Of a stretch of 64,000 nucleotides of DNA, positions 48,458-57,432 are shown piece by piece. The position numbers and the translations under genes were made by a program. Each line of letters begins with the position of its first letter. The stretch's first letter is position 1. The DNA comes from a virus (lineage: Duplodnaviria; Caudoviricetes): positions 96,001-160,000 of IMG/VR virus record IMGVR_UViG_3300005611_000002, one strand, 5' to 3'. A model generated the notes under the pieces. The model was given only the letters and a program-made list of their open reading frames with translations. It was not told where the DNA came from and made no database searches.

Positions 48458-50377
48458 TTATTCTATTGTAAATCCTGAACCTAAGATATTTCTCACATAA
48501 TTTCTAGTTTCTCTGAATGGCGGTACACCGCCATATCTTTCAACGTTACCCGGTCCAGCATTATATGCAGCTAGAGCGTAATCCCATCTTCCAGTTTCAT
48601 TATACATTGCAGCCAAATATTCGGCTCCAAATCGTAAGTTTTCAGTGGGATTATTAATATCTTGAATTGGAGTAACTCCATAACCTGGTTGTCTGCCTGT
48701 CGCCGGCACAATTTGTGCATAACCCGTTGCATTACTACTCCTATTGAATGCATTAGGATTAAAGTTTGATTCTTGAGCAATAAGCCGCAGATATAAATTC
48801 CTTGGAATACCTGCAGCATCTGCTGCAGCATAGATAGCATCTATTTGTTGTTGTGTTGGATTAGCTCTATCCATGCCTTCTACGCCCGGCGGCAATTGAG
48901 AAAGATCTTGAACGACTGGTTCATTACCCGAAGAACCTCTTAATCCGTCATCGGGGCCTGGAGTGATTTCAGCATTTTCAACTTGGTCATCAGTAGAAGC
49001 CGCACCTGTCGTTCCAACGTTCGGTCCGTTTCTACCACTATTAGAACTCGAGATACTCGTAGATTTTGCAGGTGGTTCTGGCGCTTCAACAGATTTAGAA
49101 GGATCAGCAGCTGTTGCATCTGATGCACCATCAGGAGCTATAGCCCTCCCATCAGCGAGGAAAACTAAGTCGTCGACATTTACAGCCGTAGCATCAATAT
49201 TCACGAGTACACCACCACCAATTTTTACATTATTACCTTTTACTCCAGTAGTATCCGCAGATTCTATTTTAGTATTTTGTGCTTTCAAATTCAGCGTACT
49301 GTCACACTGAATAAAGATGTTATCTCCGGCTTTCATATTGAATGAATTTGTTGCGTCTTGGAAGATTGCAATACCAGACTTGAAATGCATAGACTCGCCA
49401 GTTTCAGCAAATAGACCTTTCGCTGCTTTGAGATTGATACCAGACACGTTTGATTCCATTCTCAATTGAGCACCACGAATTTGAACTTCTTCACTCGCAT
49501 TGATGGTAGATTGCCCGCCAACGCCGAGTATATGATTGCCGTGTACTACTTGAATCAGATCTCCATTGATTTCCTCGATCTTATTGCCGTCAACATAAAC
49601 GTGAGAATCACCCATAATCGTAACTGAGCTTCGACCTCCGATATACACCATGTTGTTTTTGTCATTTACTTCCTGATGATCACCGTAAGATTTATCAGTT
49701 CTTGTTCCATTTGAATCAACTTGAATATAAGATCCGCGATGCCAGATCATCAATCTTTCTGCGTTTGGCGTAGAATCGAGTTCAACTGTCGTTTTATTAT
49801 CAGGTGAACAATAAACATTGTTGTGAGGATACTTTGCGTTATATGCTGTCGCATTTTCTGACCATGATGTAAAGCTTTCGTTGGGCGCGTTTGGGTTTGA
49901 AGCTACTTTTACATCTTTTATACAATTCATTTCATGTTCTAAAGGATGTCCCTCGTGAGGAGATTCTCCAGTAGCAAGAGGATGACACGCCGGTTGACCA
50001 ACGCGTTCCGGCGCTGAGTCTGCGCTTTGAGCCTTTTCATCTTCGTTTTTTGGATGCTCACCTATGCCATCACGGTCAGGATCTAGCGTGTCGCTCATAA
50101 ATGTTGGTATAGTACCAAGTATAAGAGGTTGCTGGGCATCTCGACCGTCAAGAAAGACACCGAATACCCAATGATTTTGTTGTGGTAGTATATTGAAGCT
50201 ATAATTACCAGCAACAACGAGAGCCCATGGTAGATCTTCAGTTGGTATTTGCTCTTTCGTGCCATGCACACCAAACGCTCGAACTTGAACTCGAGACTCA
50301 TAACGAGGATCAATATTGTTTTCTACGATACCAACAAAAAAGAGTGGATTACGGATACCTACACCAGTTTCAAACAT
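48458..50377 (-). CDS. gp5: baseplate hub/spike gp5 with C-terminal soluble lytic transglycosylase domain
   Basis: G.VE..DP....RVQVR.FG.H, LPWA, G.FLDG..AQQP OB-fold; YPHN; beta-helix; C-terminal QESNFNP, GYAQI, AYNAGPG, PPFRETRNYV. Confidence 0.88.
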   Translation of the reverse strand: MFETGVGIRNPLFFVGIVENNIDPRYESRVQVRAFGVHGTKEQIPTEDLPWALVVAGNYSFNILPQQNHWVFGVFLDGRDAQQPLILGTIPTFMSDTLDPDRDGIGEHPKNEDEKAQSADSAPERVGQPACHPLATGESPHEGHPLEHEMNCIKDVKVASNPNAPNESFTSWSENATAYNAKYPHNNVYCSPDNKTTVELDSTPNAERLMIWHRGSYIQVDSNGTRTDKSYGDHQEVNDKNNMVYIGGRSSVTIMGDSHVYVDGNKIEEINGDLIQVVHGNHILGVGGQSTINASEEVQIRGAQLRMESNVSGINLKAAKGLFAETGESMHFKSGIAIFQDATNSFNMKAGDNIFIQCDSTLNLKAQNTKIESADTTGVKGNNVKIGGGVLVNIDATAVNVDDLVFLADGRAIAPDGASDATAADPSKSVEAPEPPAKSTSISSSNSGRNGPNVGTTGAASTDDQVENAEITPGPDDGLRGSSGNEPVVQDLSQLPPGVEGMDRANPTQQQIDAIYAAADAAGIPRNLYLRLIAQESNFNPNAFNRSSNATGYAQIVPATGRQPGYGVTPIQDINNPTENLRFGAEYLAAMYNETGRWDYALAAYNAGPGNVERYGGVPPFRETRNYVRNILGSGFTIE

Positions 50378-51750
50378 TATCTACTCCAGTCATATTTCAT
50401 TAGTTTCAAGTTAGTGGTCAATTCTTCACCTATAATCGTATTATTCACAGTATGAACCAAGTAATTACCAGAAAGTTGCTTATTGAAATCTCTTTGGCTA
50501 TCTGATACTAGTTCCATAATCTTCAGATCAACTACGTTTCCTGGTTGAATATCTAATCTTCCTTTCAGAGTAGCACCAAGAGAAGTAGCGCGCAAGTGGT
50601 GTTGATACGAAACTCTTCGAGCAGTAATTTCTGCCATGAATTGTTCACCTCTCAAAGGTCCTGCTATGTCTCCAACTTTTCCGTAGTCTCGAAACATCAA
50701 AAACTGTCGAGCATTTTCTCGATTGAATGTATCACGAGCATAATCTTCGGTATGAATGTAGGATTCTGTAGTTCTTGGATTACCGCTTGAATCTATATAT
50801 CGAGATCCGTCAAAGTCTTCTTTTCGAAGATCATGACCGAAGTAATTGAAATATCTGACTTTATATTCTCTTCTTGCAAAATCCACTTCTATGATCTTGT
50901 TTGCGTAACCGCCAGATGAAAGATCATGATTGCTATCGACTCTTAATGGATACTCAATTCTTTCGATACTGAATATTTGTTGCTTATAATCATCTGAGTC
51001 TTTGCTAACCTGAGGAAAATACGTAAGTGGAATTTGTTCTTCATTATCCACAGCACGTTTGATTAAAAATTCATCCGAAACAAAATAGTAATCATCAAGA
51101 GTCTCGAAGAATCGAAACGAACATGAAGTAGCGCCTTCATCTTGTATATAAGCTCGAGATGAAAGAAAATACATCGCATCTGCAGGAGTATAATTTGGTA
51201 TGATACCCTTGAATAAATTCTGTGTAGGTTGTAATATAAAACTTCTTTCAGTGTTACCAATCGAGTAACTCTGTCCAGCAAACGGTAAATTAGAAGAACT
51301 TTCATTTTCTAGACTATCAAAATACTTTGAAAAGACTCTTCTCGCGGCTTGATTTATAGAATTGTTTCGTATGGATTCAATTACTCTTCTCTTGCTCGCT
51401 TGAAAGGAAGTGTTAGATATAAAATGCAGATAGTAACTCGCGCCATCATTAGCGTCGTTCGGTGTGACATTATCAATTCGATAAACTTGTAGATTGAGTT
51501 TTTTCTTGGTTTCAAGATCGTTCGATGTAACTACCAACTCAAGTCTTTCTTCACCTCTTAGCGGCGTTCCTTCTAATATTCCAATATTGTCCGTGACCTT
51601 TAAAGATCCGGTAAAAGCAGGCGAATCCATTGATTGAGAAAAGTTGATTTCGGTCTTAACGCCTTCTAATGGAATCGGTGTTCCATCATACGTATAAAGT
51701 CGTAATCTTTCGACTTGAACCTTAGAAGGAGATGAAAGTGAATTAGACAT
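50377..51750 (-). CDS. baseplate hub protein (gp27-like position/fold)
   Basis: G.L.V.D, PLRGEE, F.FFET, G...I.PG.V, LSGNYLV..V; upstream of gp5. Confidence 0.7.
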   Translation of the reverse strand: MSNSLSSPSKVQVERLRLYTYDGTPIPLEGVKTEINFSQSMDSPAFTGSLKVTDNIGILEGTPLRGEERLELVVTSNDLETKKKLNLQVYRIDNVTPNDANDGASYYLHFISNTSFQASKRRVIESIRNNSINQAARRVFSKYFDSLENESSSNLPFAGQSYSIGNTERSFILQPTQNLFKGIIPNYTPADAMYFLSSRAYIQDEGATSCSFRFFETLDDYYFVSDEFLIKRAVDNEEQIPLTYFPQVSKDSDDYKQQIFSIERIEYPLRVDSNHDLSSGGYANKIIEVDFARREYKVRYFNYFGHDLRKEDFDGSRYIDSSGNPRTTESYIHTEDYARDTFNRENARQFLMFRDYGKVGDIAGPLRGEQFMAEITARRVSYQHHLRATSLGATLKGRLDIQPGNVVDLKIMELVSDSQRDFNKQLSGNYLVHTVNNTIIGEELTTNLKLMKYDWSR

Positions 51751-52003
51751 TATTACGAATTGACTCTATAAATTCATCTTCAATTTGCGGTAAAAGACTT
51801 CTATCTACGAGAAAAATCTCGCGTTTATTGTCATTTAACGCTTTTTCATAATCATATACTCGATAAGGTATCCATTCTTCAGGAATGATTCTTTTGATTA
51901 TAATTCTGCGACCAGCTTCTGTTCTTAGAATTACTCGATCTTCTTTGCGAAGAAATATTGTTCTGAAGCTTTCGGGCGATAACTTGATCTGATCTACTGC
52001 CAT
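51743..52003 (-). CDS. gp53 C-terminal half encoded as a separate ORF
   Basis: YDYE..LND.KR.I.L motif of the gp53 C-terminus; own SD (GAGGT) and ATG. Confidence 0.7.
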   Translation of the reverse strand: MAVDQIKLSPESFRTIFLRKEDRVILRTEAGRRIIIKRIIPEEWIPYRVYDYEKALNDNKREIFLVDRSLLPQIEDEFIESIRNNV

Positions 52004-52005
52004 AT

Positions 52006-52383
52006 TTATACCTCTTTATAATAGTATACTACATTATCTTCTATCGTTTCGTTTTGCGTCCAGTCTACAACTTCGTAACCTGTTTTTCTCGACTCTGCAG
52101 CGTATTTTTGTATCAAATACTTGTGAAAGTCTTCTTCAGCAAGCGGCCACTGATGATATGGATCTACAATATTGTTTGCTAAATACACTAGCCAAGTATA
52201 GTCTGTTGAGCCGTAGTAATAGTATGCAATATCCTCTGCACGTTCTCCTTCTTTGATGGTGTATGGAAGAAATAACAGTGGGTTTGTCGTGACACTCTTG
52301 AGAAATTTATTTCTACGAGTGATATCGCGAGCATTACGCCCCTGATAATTTATGATTGGAAAGTTTTCAAAATATTCTGACAT
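52006..52383 (-). CDS. gp53: baseplate wedge gp53, N-terminal half
   Basis: YFENFP.I.Y, Y.IKEGERAEDIA..YYG...W...ANNI.DP..QWP LysM-like region. Confidence 0.85.
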   Translation of the reverse strand: MSEYFENFPIINYQGRNARDITRRNKFLKSVTTNPLLFLPYTIKEGERAEDIAYYYYGSTDYTWLVYLANNIVDPYHQWPLAEEDFHKYLIQKYAAESRKTGYEVVDWTQNETIEDNVVYYYKEV

Positions 52384-52397
52384 GTTTTTCCTATAAT

Positions 52398-53492
52398 TTA
52401 ATAAGGACCTGTTCTTGTCGGATCTGCTGGTAATCCTGCTGGGGTACTTGTAATATTAGTTTCAGCCCCGGCGCCGCCATAATCTTCTGCGGTGTGAATA
52501 TCTAGTTCCATGAGTTCTATATTGAGTGCAACGTTTGCGGGTTTACCACCCTTAAGTATTGAAACAAGACCACTGGAACCGTATTCTACATTTACTGATC
52601 GAATCATCGAAGATTTGAATTTCATGAAATAATCAGGATTTACGCCGAGAAGATAAATATCAACAATTGCTGGATATCTGAGATATGCTTTAAAATTTGT
52701 ACCGGTAAATGTTTGATATGTTGGAAGCGAAGATACTTTCAATTTTTCTACAATACCTTTCAATCTTTCTGATTCGTCGAAACTTTTTGGCGCGAGAGTC
52801 CAACTGAAAGAATGTTGCTTTAATTCAACACCTTCAAAGGCAAGAGACGCTTTCGGGTTTATTGTCGAACCGAGAGCTCGATCTGCAGCGCGAGAAATAC
52901 CAGGCGCGAAACGGTCTATAGTAGATCTAAGTAGATATAATACATCCCTTGAAGCATCGCCAATTGAAGTATTTAAGATACTTTGAAGCTGCGGCCCAAG
53001 AGCACCGATACCCTGAGAAAGAACATCTTCTAAATTTATATTTGCAGCTTGGCGACCAAGTGACTGAAATTCTTGAGGTAAACCTCCAACAGTCAAATTA
53101 GATCCTTGCAAATCTTTAGCGCCTTTTGCAAGAGCTTCACCTAAAGCAGTCTCAATGACACCCTGAGTAATTTTTTCTACATTCAATATGTCAGTATCTC
53201 TTAGATTTGCTGGAATTGGAAGCTCTATTGCACTAATCCCAGTGGTAAGAGCTCTTCCTGAACCGCCGGCAATTGTCTCTCTACGAACTGCAGAACCACT
53301 GGTACCCAAGCTTAAAAGACTCTGCTCACCAGCTCTTGCATTTTCGTAAGAATATTCTTTGAATACCATCAGCATAGTATGCGCACCGAGGTCAGAAGGA
53401 AAGCTAATCAAATCCGAATACGAAGATCTTCTTCGTTCTCTTGACATTGCTTCTTCTGGTCTTCTGCCAACACTTAAATCTTGATAAGGCAT
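52398..53492 (-). CDS. gp48: baseplate tail-tube cap
   Basis: FP.DL, IELP.P, NP....FEGV.L..HSFSW.L.PKS..ES, YP, L...EL. Confidence 0.82.
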   Translation of the reverse strand: MPYQDLSVGRRPEEAMSRERRRSSYSDLISFPSDLGAHTMLMVFKEYSYENARAGEQSLLSLGTSGSAVRRETIAGGSGRALTTGISAIELPIPANLRDTDILNVEKITQGVIETALGEALAKGAKDLQGSNLTVGGLPQEFQSLGRQAANINLEDVLSQGIGALGPQLQSILNTSIGDASRDVLYLLRSTIDRFAPGISRAADRALGSTINPKASLAFEGVELKQHSFSWTLAPKSFDESERLKGIVEKLKVSSLPTYQTFTGTNFKAYLRYPAIVDIYLLGVNPDYFMKFKSSMIRSVNVEYGSSGLVSILKGGKPANVALNIELMELDIHTAEDYGGAGAETNITSTPAGLPADPTRTGPY

Positions 53493-53505
53493 TTTGATCT
53501 TTCTA

Positions 53506-53531
53506 TATAAATAAGTTCAAATGTATTTATA
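53506..53531. promoter_or_regulatory. pair of oppositely oriented late promoters at the strand switch
   Basis: TATAAATA on + at 53506-13 (toward gp4) and on - at 53524-31 (toward gp48). Confidence 0.8.
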
Positions 53532-53548
53532 TCAAGAATGAGAGATAA

Positions 53549-54706
53549 GTGGTAAAGTCATATAAAGGAAGATTTAGACCAAAGAATCCCGAGAAATACA
53601 AAGGTGATCTCACCATAAATAAATTGTCAGTCGCGGATGGGGGTCCCACTGACTCTATGCTTAAACAATTCACGACGAAAGGAACACAGCTTATGTCTAT
53701 TTATCAGTGTAATATATGCAATAAGTCATTTAAATCTTTAAATGGGTTAGGAAAACACGTTTCAAAATCTCACGACACCACATCTGAACAATATTATAAC
53801 AATTTTCATCTTAAGCCCAAAGAAAATATTTGTCAAAATGAATGTGGTAACAAAACTGATTTTATAAGTATCACATTTGGATATAAGAAATATTGTAATA
53901 CATGTTCTAGAAGCTTAGGAGCAAAAAAACATCGTAAAAGACTAAAAGAAGATGAATTAAAGTTTAAACAATTTTCTGACAAGGTTTCTGAAAATCAAAG
54001 AAAAATATGGAAATGTCGAGAAATAGACGGTACTGCTGAGGAAATAAAAAGTAAAATAGGACAAACAATATCTAAATCCAGAACTAATATGACAAAGGAT
54101 GAAAGATCTAAAAAATTTGGATGGTTAAATAAATTAGAAGAACACGAAAGATTAGAAAAAATAGAAATTATCACTGAGCCGCTGAAAAATTTTTGGAAAG
54201 ATCCAAATAACAGACTCGAAAAAACGGAAGTGATAAAACGAAGAAGTCATACCATGAAATCTAAAACAAAAAGTAAAAAAATAGAAATTGCAGAAAAAAA
54301 GCTTATTAAAAGATATGGGTTGACAAAAGAAAAGGCTAAAAAATGGTATGATAATAAATACGACAAAGAATCATATTATAAAGCAGTTTGGGAAATAACC
54401 AATTTATCTTATTTTTATTGCTTAGGAGATATTGATCCGCTTAGATTGAGGGGCAAACTGCACAATGGTATAGTGTACGTTCTAGATCACATTTTAAGTA
54501 TTATGCAAGGATTTTTAAATGATATAGATCCTTATATTATTGGCCATCCTTGCAACTTACAAATTTTGGAAAATGATGTAAATTTATATAAATCAGCAAA
54601 TTGTTGGATTACTTTCGAAACTTTGAACGAAAATATAAAGCGATACAACTTACAACATAAAAACAAATTATATATGAAAGTTCTACAAGCAGATGGCACG
54701 CTATAA
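53549..54706 (+). mobile_element. zinc-finger + C-terminal HNH-type homing endonuclease, in frame with a 20-codon gp4 5' stub
   Basis: Stub VKSYKGRFRPKNPEKYKGD. Probable own start ATG 53693 (SD AAAGGA); CxxC-x12-H-x4-H finger, further Cys pairs; C-terminal LDH..SI..GF...IIGHPCNLQIL...N..K; AT-rich. Confidence 0.8.
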
Positions 54707-55157
54707 TCAGGGTAGATTTCGCCCCAAAAATCCCGAGAAATATAAAGGAGATCCCAGCCGCTGCTACTATCGAAGTTCTTGGGAGTTCAAATTTTTTCGC
54801 TATGTTGATCAGCATCCTGATGTGATATGGTGGGCTTCAGAAGAGTATGTCGTGCCCTATATGTCTCCGATAGACGGAAGAGCGCATCGGTATTTTCCTG
54901 ATGTTGTCGTGAAAAAGAAAACGCCAGAAGGGACTACTGAAACTGTTATGATCGAAATCAAACCAAAAGGTCAGACGAGACCGCCCGATCCGCGAAAAAA
55001 GAATGCAACAAAAACTGGACGAGTTTCTCGCAAATACATAAACGAGGTCAAGACATATGGAATTAATGAAGCAAAATGGCGTGCAGCAGAAAGATATTGC
55101 GCTGATCGTGGGTGGAAATTCATGCTCATGACTGAAGATCAGTTGGGAATTAAGTAA
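54693..55157 (+). CDS. gp4: head completion protein (TnsA-like nuclease)
   Basis: GRFRPKNPEKYKGD, YRSSWE, W.SEE, HRYFPD, IEIKP, N.AKW.AA. Confidence 0.95.
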   Translation: MARYNQGRFRPKNPEKYKGDPSRCYYRSSWEFKFFRYVDQHPDVIWWASEEYVVPYMSPIDGRAHRYFPDVVVKKKTPEGTTETVMIEIKPKGQTRPPDPRKKNATKTGRVSRKYINEVKTYGINEAKWRAAERYCADRGWKFMLMTEDQLGIK

Positions 55158-55765
55158 TGGCCGCAAGAGTCTTTGACGATATTCTCTTGAAAGGACTTCG
55201 TTCTGGTCAGGTTCCAGCGCGCACTCAAGCAGCACGTGACTGGTATCGTGATCAAGCAAAACAAGTACGAAAGTCTGAAGTGAATGATGCGAAACTGATT
55301 CGTGAAATGGGAAGAGATCGCTATGAAAGCAGATTTCGTATCGGGCACATGTATATGTTTGGTTACGATCCAAAGCACAAAAAGACACTTCCTTACTATG
55401 ATAGGTTCCCGCTGATCTTTCCAATCAATCGCGCAAAGGGTGGATTTCTCGGCATCAACTTTCACTATTTGCCGCTTCAGTTAAGAGCCAAACTTATGGA
55501 CTCTCTTTATGATGTGACTTCAAATGATCGATATGATGAAAATACTAAGCTTAGACTTTCATACGGAGTGCTGAACGGTGCTTCAAAATACAAAGAATTC
55601 AAACCTACTATCAAACATTATCTGTCAAAACACGTTCGAACAAAAATGACATATGTGCATCCAACTGAGTGGGATATTGCAATTTTTCTTCCGACTGCAA
55701 GGTTCGAAGGCGCAACACAAACAAAAGTCTGGGCAGACTCCAGAAGAATTATAAGAGGACGATAA
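55157..55765 (+). CDS. gp2: DNA end protector protein
   Basis: YDPKHK.TLPYYDRFPL, GINFHYL, K.YL, VWADS. Confidence 0.95.
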   Translation: MAARVFDDILLKGLRSGQVPARTQAARDWYRDQAKQVRKSEVNDAKLIREMGRDRYESRFRIGHMYMFGYDPKHKKTLPYYDRFPLIFPINRAKGGFLGINFHYLPLQLRAKLMDSLYDVTSNDRYDENTKLRLSYGVLNGASKYKEFKPTIKHYLSKHVRTKMTYVHPTEWDIAIFLPTARFEGATQTKVWADSRRIIRGR

Positions 55766-56539
55766 ATGCCTTTCAATATCAACGAGTTCAAATCCAGACT
55801 TGATCGTTATGGTGGTCCTGCAAAGACTTCACTCTTTACTGTCGAGTTGACCGGACCAAATATTCAAGATAATGAATTGCTATTCTTTTGTAAAAACGTG
55901 ACACTTCCGGGTATTGATGTCGAAACTATTTCGTATCGTCAAAATGGTATTGATCTTCCACAGTCAATGCCAACTGCAATCAATCGAGAACCACTCAGCT
56001 GTATCTTCATGCTCGATTCCGAACATCGAGTACTCAGTTTCTTTCACACTTGGATGCAACGCGTAGTTAATTATAGCACTCAAGGCGGTAACTTTGCTTC
56101 CGTCGATGATCAACTGCCATATGAACTTGGTTATAAAGATGAGTATTCTTGCAGAATGGTTATTAAATACTATAGTAACGATGCTGCATCAACCGAAACC
56201 AAGTTTTATGAAGTCGTGTTAGATGGTGTATTTCCGATCACAGTTCAAAGTATAGATCTTGCTTGGGAAAATAATGACAGTTTTGCTACACTTCCTGTTG
56301 CGTTTACTTACAGTAGAATTCAGTATTCGTCAGAAATAAGAGGAATACCTTCGGAACGAAATACTCGCGGTAATGGGCTTCTCGATCTTATATCTAACAT
56401 TGGTCAGGTAGGCCAGCTCGTCAACCAACAGCTAGTTCCACAAGGTATTCAGGATGCCATAAATACATATACACGCGTTACAAATTCCTTTAATAACTTC
56501 ACAAATAGAATTAGAAGCCTATCAAACATTTTTAGATAA
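55766..56539 (+). CDS. gp54: baseplate-tail tube initiator (gp54/gp19-like)
   Basis: Tube-fold motifs: LF.V, C..V.LPG, FF..W, Y.DEY, FP..V..I.L.W, V.F.Y. Confidence 0.75.
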   Translation: MPFNINEFKSRLDRYGGPAKTSLFTVELTGPNIQDNELLFFCKNVTLPGIDVETISYRQNGIDLPQSMPTAINREPLSCIFMLDSEHRVLSFFHTWMQRVVNYSTQGGNFASVDDQLPYELGYKDEYSCRMVIKYYSNDAASTETKFYEVVLDGVFPITVQSIDLAWENNDSFATLPVAFTYSRIQYSSEIRGIPSERNTRGNGLLDLISNIGQVGQLVNQQLVPQGIQDAINTYTRVTNSFNNFTNRIRSLSNIFR

Positions 56540-56554
56540 TGGAGAAGATATAGA

Positions 56555-57262
56555 ATGTCGAAAAAACTGCCAAAAATTGATCTGCCGCTATTTGAGCTTG
56601 AATTGCCGTCGTCTGGTAAAAAGATCAAGTATCGTCCTTTTACAGTAAAAGAAGAGAAGATCTTGCTTGTAGCACAGGAATCTGATGAACCAGAACAGAC
56701 TGTGCTATCCGTCAAGCAAATCGTGAACAACTGTCTTGTAGATATTGATGTTGAAAAACTTGCAATGTTTGATCTTGAATATGTATTGTTGATGCTTCGT
56801 TCAAAATCGGTTGATAACAATATCAAGTTTGCAATCAAGGATCCTGACACAGAAGAAACAGTTGAACTTGAAATTGATTTGAATGAAGTCAAAGTCACTC
56901 GAGATGATGAGCATTCAAATCGAGTAAAAATCAATGATGACTATACACTGTTTCTTCGATATCCAACAATTGAAGAGTTTATCAAAATCGCAAGTGCTGA
57001 CCAGAATGATCCTCTTGTAAATTACTTCATTATGATTTCTTGTCTTGATAAGATTGCTTCCGACGACGATGTATATAAATTCGAGGATTATACTGACGAA
57101 GAAATTGATGACTTTATGGAAAATCTACAAGGCGATGTCCTGAAAAAGATCCAAACATTCTTTGAGACGATGCCAAAGTTGAGACACGAAATGAAGTACA
57201 CGAATCAAGACGGTAAGGAACAGACGTTTGTAATTGAAGGAATGCGAAGTTTTTTTATCTGA
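56555..57262 (+). CDS. gp26: baseplate hub assembly protein
   Basis: LPKI..P.FEL.LPS, YRPFTVKEEKILL, FDLEY..L.LRSKSV, FFETMPKL, EG..SFF. Confidence 0.93.
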   Translation: MSKKLPKIDLPLFELELPSSGKKIKYRPFTVKEEKILLVAQESDEPEQTVLSVKQIVNNCLVDIDVEKLAMFDLEYVLLMLRSKSVDNNIKFAIKDPDTEETVELEIDLNEVKVTRDDEHSNRVKINDDYTLFLRYPTIEEFIKIASADQNDPLVNYFIMISCLDKIASDDDVYKFEDYTDEEIDDFMENLQGDVLKKIQTFFETMPKLRHEMKYTNQDGKEQTFVIEGMRSFFI

Positions 57263-57432
57263 TGCTGTGTCACATCAGTCTGAGTGAATACTATAGAATG
57301 GTTTTCGCGTTGGCACAGCATCACAAGTACTCGATAAGTGATATTGAAAACTTAGTACCATACGAACGAGATCTTTATTTTGCAATGCTAGTCAATTACA
57401 TAGAAGAACAAAAAGAGAAGAGCGGAAGATAA
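57262..57432 (+). CDS. gp51: baseplate hub assembly catalyst
   Basis: Manually translated, 56 aa: MLCHISLSEYYRMVFALAQHHKYSISDIENLVPYERDLYFAMLVNYIEEQKEKSGR. Confidence 0.88.
   Translation: MLCHISLSEYYRMVFALAQHHKYSISDIENLVPYERDLYFAMLVNYIEEQKEKSGR

Noticed and set aside
53549-54706. Group I intron or intein in gp4
   Set aside because: The downstream gp4 is complete with its own start, so no splicing is needed; no intron core or intein termini recognised.
54837-55465. Minus-strand ORFs over gp4/gp2
   Set aside because: Antisense to well-conserved genes, with no motifs.
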